DNA of 46,832 nt from Burkholderiales bacterium (lineage in GTDB: Bacteria; Pseudomonadota; Gammaproteobacteria; Burkholderiales; SG8-41). The notes beneath the pieces were generated by a model. It had not been told where the DNA came from. It ran no database searches and was given only the letters and a program-made list of their open reading frames with translations. Below, piece after piece: positions 20,898-28,710 of the stretch. Made by a program: the position numbers and the translations under genes. How positions within the stretch are numbered: position 1 is the first letter of the stretch; each line of letters begins with the position of its first letter. The DNA lies in the NCBI GenBank assembly GCA_035620515.1, contig DASPGR010000130.1, positions 1 to 46,832 on the forward strand, written 5' to 3'.

Positions 20898-21084
20898 GCG
20901 CGGGCGTTCGCCCTCTAAGGCGCAGGTGCCACAATCCTTATCATGTAGATGCCGCTCACCACGACAATCACCGCGCCGGCGAGCATCCAGGCATCCGGGG
21001 CGATGCGGCCGCTTCCGGTTCGAGCGTCCGCCACCCGAAAGGAAGCGTCAGGAGGCCCGCCAGCGCCACCGCCCTGCCGGCACG

Positions 21085-22197
21085 CTATTCCATTCTGAAA
21101 CGCTGCACGGCAGCATCATTCCACGCGAGCCCGTTGCCGGGTCTCGTCGACGGAACCGCACGGCCGTTTTCAATGAGCAGCGGCTCCTGCAGCAGCACGC
21201 TTGCCCAATCGACATACTCGAGCCAGTGCCGGGTCGGCGTTGCTGCGAGGAGATGAGTGCTGACCTCCGGGAAGAGATGCGAGGACATGGGGATGCGCCG
21301 TGCCGATGCCAGCTCCGCGGCGCGCAGCCAGCCGCTGACTCCGCCGATGCGCTCGAGGTCGGGCATCACGTAATCGCACGCCTGCGCGGCGAGCGCCTGC
21401 TCCATCGCCGAAGGCAGCGAGAAGTTCTCGCCGATCTGGATCGGCGTGGCGAGCTCGCGGGCGAGCGCCGCGCATCCGGCGTAGTCGTCGTGGCGGATGG
21501 GCTCCTCGATCCAGTAGACGCCGCCTTCGGAATCGAGCGCCCGGCCGCGCGCCATCGCCTCTTCCACCGAGAGCGCCTGGTTGTAATCCACCATGATGTC
21601 GATTCCGTCCGGGATTCTTCGGCGCACCGCGCGCAGCGCCGCAATATCGGCCGCGAGCGAGGGATAGCCGAGGCGCAGCTTCAGCGCACGGAATCCGCCT
21701 GCGAGCAGCTTCTCGGCTTCGTCCGCGACCGCTTCCGGCGCCATGAGCCCCAGGCCGCAGCTGTTGTACGCCTGCACGGGCTGGGGCTTGGCGCCAAGAA
21801 ACGCGGCCAGAGGTTTCCCGGCGGCGATCGCGAGCGCGTCCCAGCAAGCCACGTCGAACGCCGCCATCGCCATGCGCACGATGCCCTGCACGCCGATCAG
21901 CGTGAAGCGCCTGTAGAGCTTCGCCCAAAGCGCGCCCGGTTCCACCCGCTCGCCCTTGACCGTCTTCAGTACCTCTTTCAGGAGCGTCAGGATCGCGGGG
22001 GCCGCCGCAGGCAGATAGCAGAAGAGATACGTGCGCCCCGTGACGCCCTCCTCGGTTTCGAGGTCGACCAGGAGGAGCGGCGCCGAGCGCACGGCGGCTG
22101 CACTGGTGCCGAGCACATAGTTCATCGGAACCAGCACCGCGACCGCGCGGACTTCGCGCACCGTGAGCCGGGGCGTTTCCGGGACGGCTGGATTCAC
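21085..22197 (-). CDS. Enolase-superfamily enzyme, close homolog of mandelate racemase (MR subgroup) with K-x-R in place of K-x-K
   Basis: 370 aa with a GTG start 6 nt after the KPR-like stop. Metal ligands are MVDYN, WIEEP and GENF. The His/Asp dyad (MPDLERIGG, MSSHLF) and WLE are all present. The KxK motif reads ALKLRLG (K173, R175; the Arg codon CGC is at 21673-21675). Confidence 0.85.
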   Translation of the reverse strand: MNPAVPETPRLTVREVRAVAVLVPMNYVLGTSAAAVRSAPLLLVDLETEEGVTGRTYLFCYLPAAAPAILTLLKEVLKTVKGERVEPGALWAKLYRRFTLIGVQGIVRMAMAAFDVACWDALAIAAGKPLAAFLGAKPQPVQAYNSCGLGLMAPEAVADEAEKLLAGGFRALKLRLGYPSLAADIAALRAVRRRIPDGIDIMVDYNQALSVEEAMARGRALDSEGGVYWIEEPIRHDDYAGCAALARELATPIQIGENFSLPSAMEQALAAQACDYVMPDLERIGGVSGWLRAAELASARRIPMSSHLFPEVSTHLLAATPTRHWLEYVDWASVLLQEPLLIENGRAVPSTRPGNGLAWNDAAVQRFRME

Positions 22198-22203
22198 GGA
22201 CTC

Positions 22204-23133
22204 TCAGTGCTGGCGCCGCCCGAGCGCATGCAAGGCGAGGATGTCCCACACTGCCCGGTTGGCGGGTGTCGGTACTCCGGCGCCGGAACCGAGCTGCACG
22301 ACTCCGCCCGAGAGCCACTCGACTTCCAGGCGGTTGCCACGCTCGAGATCATGGTGCATCGAGGAGGTCATGTCGGCTGGCACGCTGTCCGCAAATCGCA
22401 GCCGGTCTTCCGCATAATTCTCAGGCAGTGCCACGCCGAGCGCCCGGCCGACGGCGACCGTCTCTTTCATGATCTCGAGCAGGAACGCGCGCGTCTGGAG
22501 GTTGGATCGGATCGGCCCGATCGGCATCCGCATCGTGGCGGTTGTTCCCGACAGCCCCACCAGGAATGTGAACTTCTCCCACAGCGTCCTTCTGATGTCC
22601 GGGGCAATCTCGGCCTCGACGCCCGCTTTCACGAGGGCCGCATGCAGCGCCTCTACGCGCGGGCTCCGGCGCCCGTCATACTCGCCGATGACCGCTCGCT
22701 GCAGCTTGCCCGTCTGCAGAATCACGCCCGGGCGCGCGATGTGCGTGGCGACGTACCCCGCGCCCCCGATTACCGCCGCGGCGCCAAACTCCTCGCGAAG
22801 AATGTCGTCCTTGATGACCCCGTTTTGCAGGGAGAGTACGGCTGTGCGGGGTCCGACGTTGGACTTCACGGCCCGTGCGGCAGACTCAGTATCCCACAGC
22901 TTCACGGCGATCAGCACGAGGTCAACGGGTCCAACCGACGCCGGATCGTCTGTCACCTTCACCTGTGAGAGCCGGATGTCGCCTTGCGTCTTGTTCTCGA
23001 TGACGAGGCCGTGCGCGCGCATCGCTTCCAGGTGCGAGCCGCGCGCCACAAAGGTGACGTCGCAGCCGGAATGCGCAAGGCGGCCGCCGTAGAAGCCGCC
23101 GACCCCGCCGGAGCCCATCACGAGGATTTTCAT
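22204..23133 (-). CDS. 2-dehydropantoate 2-reductase family (ApbA/PanE-like) oxidoreductase
   Basis: ATG 23133 (MKILVMGSGGVGGFYGGRLA, a Rossmann motif) overlaps the lutA stop (ATGA). The C-terminal domain has SSMHHDLERGNRLEVEWLSG. The upstream 49 aa of the ORF are junk. Confidence 0.8.
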   Translation of the reverse strand: MKILVMGSGGVGGFYGGRLAHSGCDVTFVARGSHLEAMRAHGLVIENKTQGDIRLSQVKVTDDPASVGPVDLVLIAVKLWDTESAARAVKSNVGPRTAVLSLQNGVIKDDILREEFGAAAVIGGAGYVATHIARPGVILQTGKLQRAVIGEYDGRRSPRVEALHAALVKAGVEAEIAPDIRRTLWEKFTFLVGLSGTTATMRMPIGPIRSNLQTRAFLLEIMKETVAVGRALGVALPENYAEDRLRFADSVPADMTSSMHHDLERGNRLEVEWLSGGVVQLGSGAGVPTPANRAVWDILALHALGRRQH

Positions 23134-23858
23134 GATTCCACGCCGGCCAGCACTTCCGCGACGTGCAGGACCTTTGTTTTCATGTCGCCCCGTCGCCTCA
23201 GCCGGCCTTCGATGTTCAGCATGCAGCCGAGGTCGCCCAGCACGACCGCCTCGGCGCCGGTCGCCGCGACGTTCGCGCACTTCCGCTCCGCGATATGCGT
23301 CGAGATGTCGCCATATTTGACCGCGAACGTGCCACCGAACCCGCAGCAGGTCTCGGCCTCATCCATTTCCCGCAGCGTGAGGCCCGGAACCTTTGCCAGC
23401 AACGCGCGCGGCTGCACCTTGACCCCGAGCTCGCGCAGGCCGGAGCATGAATCGTGATAGGTCACCGTTCCGTGAAAGGCGCCGGGCACCCGCTCGAGGC
23501 GCACGACATTCGAAAGAAAGTCCGTCAACTCGAATACGCGGGCACCGAGGCGCTGCACCCGCTCGAGCTCTGCCGGCTCATCGGAAAAAAGGTCCGGGTA
23601 GTGCGTGCGGATCATGCCGGCACACGATCCCGAGGGCGCGACAACATACTCGAACCCCTCGAACTCATCGAGCACCTTGCGCGCGAGGGCTATCGCGGCG
23701 TGGCGCGCCCCGGCGTTGTAGCCGGGCTGGCCGCAGCAGGTCTGGGTCATGGGCACGACGACTTCGCACCCCGCGGCCTTGAGCAGGCGAATCGCAGCGA
23801 AGCCGATTCGCGGACGCATGAGATCGACGAGGCAGGTGACGAAGAGACCGACGCGCAC
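23130..23858 (-). CDS. lutA: Lactate utilisation protein A (CCG-domain Fe-S oxidoreductase)
   Basis: 242 aa with a GTG start, beginning RVGLFVTCLVDL. It has two CCG motifs (TCCGQPGYN, TCCGFGGTF), as in LutA/YkgE. Confidence 0.9.
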   Translation of the reverse strand: MRVGLFVTCLVDLMRPRIGFAAIRLLKAAGCEVVVPMTQTCCGQPGYNAGARHAAIALARKVLDEFEGFEYVVAPSGSCAGMIRTHYPDLFSDEPAELERVQRLGARVFELTDFLSNVVRLERVPGAFHGTVTYHDSCSGLRELGVKVQPRALLAKVPGLTLREMDEAETCCGFGGTFAVKYGDISTHIAERKCANVAATGAEAVVLGDLGCMLNIEGRLRRRGDMKTKVLHVAEVLAGVES

Positions 23859-23877
23859 GGCTGAACGGGAAAGGATG

Positions 23878-23897
23878 AATGTTGAAGGACGAACATT
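23878..23897. promoter_or_regulatory. Operator-like inverted repeat AATGTT-N8-AACATT in an AT-rich patch upstream of lutA
   Basis: It lies 20-40 nt upstream of the lutA GTG (23858) and is embedded next to a minus-strand GATAAT. The local AT richness stands out in a GC-rich genome. Confidence 0.3.
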
Positions 23898-24024
23898 ATC
23901 CCAGAATTTGAACCCGGCTCTTCCAGGATCCCGGGGAAGAGACCGATCTCAATACCGTCGACAGCTGTGTGCGCCCGACTCGCCGCTCGCTTCAGCGACG
24001 AGGAACAGGGGATGAAGGCGGGAT

Positions 24025-25032
24025 TCAGGCGCGCCAGGGACGCAGGTACGCCATCCGGTCGGCGGAGTGCACCGTCAGCTGCCGTACCATTTTCTTTTGC
24101 AGGACGTGCAGCACGACGGATGCTCCCGCTTCCCCGCTCGCCCACAACCGCCGGTAGAAATCGCTCTGGTGGCCCACCGCCTGGCCACCGACGCCGAGGA
24201 TGACATCTCCGCGGGAAATCCCGGCCTTGGCGGCCGGCGAGTCCGGCAGAACCCGCGTCACGACGACGTGGCCCTCGATCTCCTCGGAATACACTCCGAG
24301 CCAGGGCCGCGGCGCTTCGCGGCGGCGGCCCGTGGCAAGAAGCTCCGCCAGCAGCGGCTTGAGAAGGTCGATCGGCACGAACATGTTGCCCGGAAACGCC
24401 GCGCCGATCTCGAGGGTGTCGCTCACCCAGAGCGAGCCGATGCCCACGAGCTTGCCGTCCGCGTCGAGCAGAGCGGCGCCGCTGTGCTCGAAACGCGGGG
24501 GCGCCGTGAAGATGCCGTCCTCGATCATGTACTCCCACCAGCCCGTGAAACGGCGCCGCGCGACGACGCAGGCGCGCGAGGTGCCTCCCGCCGCGCCGTG
24601 CGCCGCGATCAGCACTGTGGAGAGCTCCGTCAACCCGGCGGAATCCCCGAGGTCGACCGGCCGGCACTCGTAGCTCGCGCGCAGGAGCCCGAATCCGGTG
24701 GCATGGTCGTAGCCCACCACGCCCGCCGGGAATACGCGCCCGTCGGCGGTGACAACGAGGATCGAGTGCGCCTCGAGGATCAGGTAGCCGATCGTGAGGA
24801 TGAGACCCTTCTCATCGATCACGACGCCCGTGCCCTCGCGCTCCGTGCCCAGATTGTCCGCAGTGCGCGCTTCCGGCACGGCCTTGATGCTCAGCTTCAC
24901 CACCGCGTCGAGCGACAGCGAGTCGGCACGCAGATCGGGCACCGCGACGTGCGCGGCGCGCCAGGCCGACAGCGCAGCTGCAAAGAAGGAAACGGTCACG
25001 GTTGGTGTGCTTCCAGGGGTGGCATCGGTCAT
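24025..25032 (-). CDS. Trypsin-like (S1) serine peptidase with C-terminal PDZ domain
   Basis: Putative catalytic triad context: LILEAHSILV (His), YDHATGFGLL (Asp), FEHSGAALLD (Ser). The PDZ-like region is GVYSEEIEGHVVVTRVLPDSPAAKAGISRGDVILGVGGQAV. The start is ATG 25032 (MTDATPG) or GTG 25053. Confidence 0.7.
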   Translation of the reverse strand: MTDATPGSTPTVTVSFFAAALSAWRAAHVAVPDLRADSLSLDAVVKLSIKAVPEARTADNLGTEREGTGVVIDEKGLILTIGYLILEAHSILVVTADGRVFPAGVVGYDHATGFGLLRASYECRPVDLGDSAGLTELSTVLIAAHGAAGGTSRACVVARRRFTGWWEYMIEDGIFTAPPRFEHSGAALLDADGKLVGIGSLWVSDTLEIGAAFPGNMFVPIDLLKPLLAELLATGRRREAPRPWLGVYSEEIEGHVVVTRVLPDSPAAKAGISRGDVILGVGGQAVGHQSDFYRRLWASGEAGASVVLHVLQKKMVRQLTVHSADRMAYLRPWRA

Positions 25033-25066
25033 GTCCGGTACCGCACGCGGCACCAGTCAGCCGTAC

Positions 25067-25109
25067 CCGCGTATTGAACGGCGGATATTCCGTCCGTTCG
25101 AATACGCGG
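25067..25109. other. Long stem-loop (about 18 bp with two bulges) in the greB / protease spacer
   Basis: The sequence is CCGCGTATTGAACGGCGG-atatt-CCGtCCGTTCgAATACGCGG, read directly. Confidence 0.6.
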
Positions 25110-25110
25110 A

Positions 25111-25140
25111 GTTAAACCGGCGCTTGGCGTCCGGTTTAAC
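25111..25140. other. Perfect 10-bp stem-loop (GTTAAACCGG-cgcttggcgt-CCGGTTTAAC)
   Basis: Read directly. It lies immediately adjacent to the previous hairpin. Its loop contains a CTTGGCG unit. Confidence 0.6.
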
Positions 25141-25191
25141 GAATCTTAGCGAGGGGCCCGCTCCCCGGCAACGGGAAACGCCGAGGTCGAG

Positions 25192-25746
25192 CTACGCCCC
25201 TTCGGCGTAACGCACCGTGATGATCTCGATCTCGGCTTCGCCCGCTGGCGTCGCCAACGTGATCACATCGCCGGAACGGCGCTTGAGCAGGACTTGCGCG
25301 ATGGGCGAGCGCCAGCTGACGTGCCCGCGCTTGGTGTCGACCTCATCCGCACCGACGATCGTGATCGTGCGCTCCTCGCCGCCGCCATGGACGTAGGCAT
25401 AAGTCACCGTCGCGCCGAAGAAGATCTGGTCGCTGTCACCGCGACGCGCCGGGTTGACGACCGAGGCGTTGTCGAGCCGCTTCGTGAGGTAGTGAATTCG
25501 GCGGTCGATCTCGCGCAGGCGTTTCTTGCCATAAATGTAGTCGCCATTCTCGGAGCGGTCGCCATTGGATGCCGCCCACGAGATGACTTTGACCAGCTCG
25601 GGCCGCTCCACGTCCAGCAGACGCGAGAGCTCGGCCTTCAATCGGGAATAACCTTGTGGCGTCATGTAGTTCTTGACGTCGAGCGTGGATTGCTGGAGCG
25701 AGGCGGCGTGACGGCCATTGCGATTACGGGCGGAAGACTTGCTCAT
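25192..25746 (-). CDS. greB: Transcript cleavage factor, GreA/GreB family (GreB-like)
   Basis: YMTPQGYSRLKAELSRLLDVERPELVKVISWAASNGDRSENGDYIYGKKRLREIDRRIHYL forms the Gre coiled coil, followed by a C-terminal globular domain. Start taken at ATG 25746 (MSKSS). An alternative start at ATG 25665 (MTPQGY) would give a canonical length of about 157 aa. Confidence 0.8.
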   Translation of the reverse strand: MSKSSARNRNGRHAASLQQSTLDVKNYMTPQGYSRLKAELSRLLDVERPELVKVISWAASNGDRSENGDYIYGKKRLREIDRRIHYLTKRLDNASVVNPARRGDSDQIFFGATVTYAYVHGGGEERTITIVGADEVDTKRGHVSWRSPIAQVLLKRRSGDVITLATPAGEAEIEIITVRYAEGA

Positions 25747-25911
25747 GGGACACCGGGGAAGTTGCGAGAGCGGCATATTATAGCAAAAACAAAGCATTAC
25801 TGGCGACCCGCTGTAGAGCGGCCCCATCCTGCTGAAAGCGCCGGGTTTTTGGTTGTTCCCGCACATTTCATCATCTAAAATCGCCTACCGAACTTTGCGA
25901 CGAGCACCCCG

Positions 25912-26679
25912 GTGGCAAGAACGGAAGCCAAGTCTTCGATCCAGGTGATCGAGCGCATGATGAGTCTCCTCGCAGCGCTCGCCCGGCATGCGGCGCCGGT
26001 CAACCTGAAGCACCTCTCGGGCGAGACCAGGCTTCATCCGTCGACTGCGCACCGGATCCTGTCGGTGATGGTCGATAACCGGCTCGTCGATCGCATCGAG
26101 CCGGGCACCTACCGCCTCGGAATTCGGCTGCTCGAGCTGGGCAGCCTGGTGAAGTCCCGCATCAGCGTGCGGCAGGAGGCCCTGCCCCACATGCAGGCGC
26201 TGCACCAGGCGCTCGGCGAGACAGTCAATCTCTCGGTGCGGCACGATGATGAAGTGGTCTACGTTGAGCGCACGGCCGGCAGCAGCTCGATGATGCGAGT
26301 GGTCCAGATCATCGGCACGCGGGCGCCGCTGCATATTACGGCGGTGGGCAAGATCTTTCTCGCCGAGGACGGCCCTGACCGCTGCATGGAGTACGCCAGG
26401 CGGACCGGCCTTCCGCGCTTCACCGAGAACACCCTGACCGACTCCGCGCAACTGGTGAGTGAGATCGACAGGATACGGCGGCAGGGCTACTCGTTCGACA
26501 ACGAGGAGGCCGAGAAAGGCGTGTCCTGCATCGGTGCCGGCATCTATAACGATGAGAACCGGCTCGTGGCGGGGCTATCCGTGTCCGCCCCGTCGGACCG
26601 GCTCGACCGCGCCTGGGCCGCGCAGGTGCAGCGCACCGCCCGGGATATCTCCCGCGCCATCGGTAATCCATCGCGGTAA
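25912..26679 (+). CDS. IclR-family transcriptional regulator
   Basis: 255 aa with a GTG start. It has an N-terminal winged helix-turn-helix (IQVIERMMSLLAALA...LKHLSGETRLHPSTAHRILSVM) and an IclR effector domain (GVSCIGAGIYN, AGLSVSAP). Confidence 0.85.
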   Translation: MARTEAKSSIQVIERMMSLLAALARHAAPVNLKHLSGETRLHPSTAHRILSVMVDNRLVDRIEPGTYRLGIRLLELGSLVKSRISVRQEALPHMQALHQALGETVNLSVRHDDEVVYVERTAGSSSMMRVVQIIGTRAPLHITAVGKIFLAEDGPDRCMEYARRTGLPRFTENTLTDSAQLVSEIDRIRRQGYSFDNEEAEKGVSCIGAGIYNDENRLVAGLSVSAPSDRLDRAWAAQVQRTARDISRAIGNPSR

Positions 26680-26682
26680 CGC

Positions 26683-28080
26683 GTGCTCGACCAGCCCCTC
26701 GTCTTTCTCGATGTCGAAACGACGGGCGCCCATCCGCTCCACGACCGCATCACCGAGATCGGCCTCGTCGCGGTTGACCCGGGAGGCGCGCAGCAGGAGT
26801 TCTCGACGCTGCTGAATCCGGGGGTCAGCATCCCGCCGGCGATCCAGTCACTTACCGGCATCACCAATGAAATGGTGGCGCTTGCCCCGCGCTTCGAGGA
26901 GCTCGCGCCGGAGCTCCATCGCCGGCTGGAGGGCCGGCTCCTCATCGCGCATAACGCGCGCTTCGACTACGGCTTTCTGCGCAACGAATTCCGGCGCGCG
27001 GGGTTGCGTTATGCAAGCCAGGTCCTGTGCACGGTAAAGCTCTCGCGCAAGCTTCACCCCCACGAAGCGCGTCACAACCTTGACGCGCTCATGGCGCGTT
27101 ATGGCATCGCTTGTGAGCAGCGGCATCGTGCGCTCGGTGACGCGCGCGTGTTATCGCTGCTGGCACGCCAATGGAGCTTCAGATTCGGCGCCGGCGTCAT
27201 CGCAGCGGCAGCAGAGCTTCTTGTCAAGGCGCCAACCGTGCCGGCCGGGTTGCCGGACGGGGCCCTCGACGGCATTCCGGAGGGTCCGGGCATATACCTT
27301 TTCTACGGCGATAACGATGTCGTGCTCTACGTCGGCAAGAGCGTGAATCTCCGCGCGCGCGTGATGTCCCATTTTTCGGGCGACCACCGCGACGGTCGCG
27401 ACATGAAGATCGTGCAGCAGCTGCGGCGCGTCGACTGGATCGAGACAGCCGGCGAGCTCGGTGCACTGATCGAGGAGGCCCGACTCGTCAAGCAGCTTGC
27501 GCCGGTCTTCAACCGCCGGCTGCGGCGCACGAGCGAGCTCTGCGCCTGGCACTGGCGGGCAGAGGCGCCACAGACCTCGCCGCGCCTGGTCGGCGCCCGT
27601 GATCTCGACCCATCCGCTTTCGCCGATCTTTATGGGCTCTTCCGCTCCCGCAGCACGGCGTTCGAAGAGCTGCGCGTCCTGGCAACCGAACACGGGCTTT
27701 GCCCGATCCTGCTCGGGCTTGAAAAGGGACGCGGCCCCTGCTTCGCCTATCAGATCCGCCGCTGTCGCGGCGCGTGCGTCGGCAAGGAGACCGCGGTGGC
27801 CCACGGGCTGCGGCTGGGACAGGCCTTGACGCGGCTCAGGATGCGGCCATGGCCATTTGCCGGACGCGTCGGGATCCGCGAGAAAGGTGTCGCGGGCGAT
27901 TCCTTGATCGTGCTCGACCGCTGGTGCTATCTCGGCTCCGCGCATTCGGAGACCAATCTGAGGGAGCTCCTCGAGGAAAACCCGCGCCCCGTGTTTGATC
28001 TCGACACCTATCGGATTCTGACGCGTTTCCTGCTGGGCGCGGCGCGCCCGCGTTGCACCGTGGTTCCCCTTCCTGCATGA
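26683..28080 (+). CDS. DnaQ-like DEDDh 3'-5' exonuclease fused to a GIY-YIG (UvrC-N/Cho-like) nuclease domain
   Basis: The GTG start is 3 nt after the iclR stop. Exo motifs are FLDVETTG, IAHNARFDYGFL and HRALGDARV. The GIY-YIG region is GPGIYLFYGDNDVVLYVGKSVNLRARVMSHF...IEEARLVKQLAPVFN. Confidence 0.85.
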   Translation: MLDQPLVFLDVETTGAHPLHDRITEIGLVAVDPGGAQQEFSTLLNPGVSIPPAIQSLTGITNEMVALAPRFEELAPELHRRLEGRLLIAHNARFDYGFLRNEFRRAGLRYASQVLCTVKLSRKLHPHEARHNLDALMARYGIACEQRHRALGDARVLSLLARQWSFRFGAGVIAAAAELLVKAPTVPAGLPDGALDGIPEGPGIYLFYGDNDVVLYVGKSVNLRARVMSHFSGDHRDGRDMKIVQQLRRVDWIETAGELGALIEEARLVKQLAPVFNRRLRRTSELCAWHWRAEAPQTSPRLVGARDLDPSAFADLYGLFRSRSTAFEELRVLATEHGLCPILLGLEKGRGPCFAYQIRRCRGACVGKETAVAHGLRLGQALTRLRMRPWPFAGRVGIREKGVAGDSLIVLDRWCYLGSAHSETNLRELLEENPRPVFDLDTYRILTRFLLGAARPRCTVVPLPA

Positions 28081-28646
28081 CGCTTCCGCGCGAGATTGTC
28101 CGCGTCACGCAGCGGCCGCAGGAGCTCGAGCTCTATTTCCCGCCCATGCGCAACATCGGGGCAGCGGCGGGGTTCGGAGCTTTCGGCGCGGTCAGCGTCG
28201 CGCTTCCCGTCGCCGCCGTGGCGGGCGTCCACCTGACCGACGCCCCGGGTGTGCACAGCTGGCTTGCGTTGATTCTCGTCGGCGGGTTCGCCCTGCCGAT
28301 CATGGTATTCGGGCTCGTATTTCTCGCGCTTGGCGCCTACCTGCCGGCAAATTCACTGACGGTGCAGGCAGCAGCCGACCGCGTCGCAACCACGCGCCGT
28401 GTTTTCGGCTGGATCGTTGCGCAGCGCGCCCTGCCCTGCGCGGATATCGCGGCCCTCGAGCCGCAGGTCCCGCGCCAGTTTCAGAGCCAGTTCAGCGCCG
28501 AGGCGCGCTACCGTCTCGTTGCGCGCAGGCGTGATCCGAAAGGCCCCGCCCTGGTGGTCGCCGAATCCCTGCCGGGCCGTGCAGCAATGAGGCAGGTGGC
28601 CGAGCTCATCACCCGAGCCTCCGGAATCGGCCTGAAAGAGGAATGA
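28077..28646 (+). CDS. Hypothetical membrane protein (2-3 N-terminal TM helices plus a soluble tail of about 90 aa)
   Basis: ATG 28077 overlaps the nuclease stop (ATGA). Hydrophobic segments are IGAAAGFGAFGAVSVALPVAAVAGV and WLALILVGGFALPIMVFGLVFLALGAY. I recognise no family. Confidence 0.55.
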   Translation: MTLPREIVRVTQRPQELELYFPPMRNIGAAAGFGAFGAVSVALPVAAVAGVHLTDAPGVHSWLALILVGGFALPIMVFGLVFLALGAYLPANSLTVQAAADRVATTRRVFGWIVAQRALPCADIAALEPQVPRQFQSQFSAEARYRLVARRRDPKGPALVVAESLPGRAAMRQVAELITRASGIGLKEE

Positions 28647-28650
28647 GCCC

Positions 28651-28671
28651 TGCGCCGCCATCGGCGGCGCA
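28651..28671. terminator. GC-rich hairpin between convergent genes (TGCGCCGCC-atc-GGCGGCGCA)
   Basis: A perfect 9-bp stem with a 3-nt loop lies between the stops at 28646 (+) and 28711 (-). There is no U-tract on either side. Confidence 0.45.
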
Positions 28672-28710
28672 ATGCGCGCGCGGATGCGCGGTGACGGGGA
28701 CTCTTGTGGG

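Noticed and set aside
12719-22968. Plus-strand ORFs 12719-14269, 14260-15771, 17892-19466, 19688-20836 and 20926-22968
   Set aside because: The reasoning is the same. Each lies opposite a confidently identified minus-strand gene (treS, glgE, mmsA, lutB, MR-like/KPR-like) and has junk-like composition.
22204-23133. KPR-like gene considered as a definite pathway-specific enzyme
   Set aside because: I cannot exclude that it is simply the organism's housekeeping panE, since panB and panC lie 20 kb away in this window and no other panE is seen here. It is kept only as a caveat within the lut-cluster finding.
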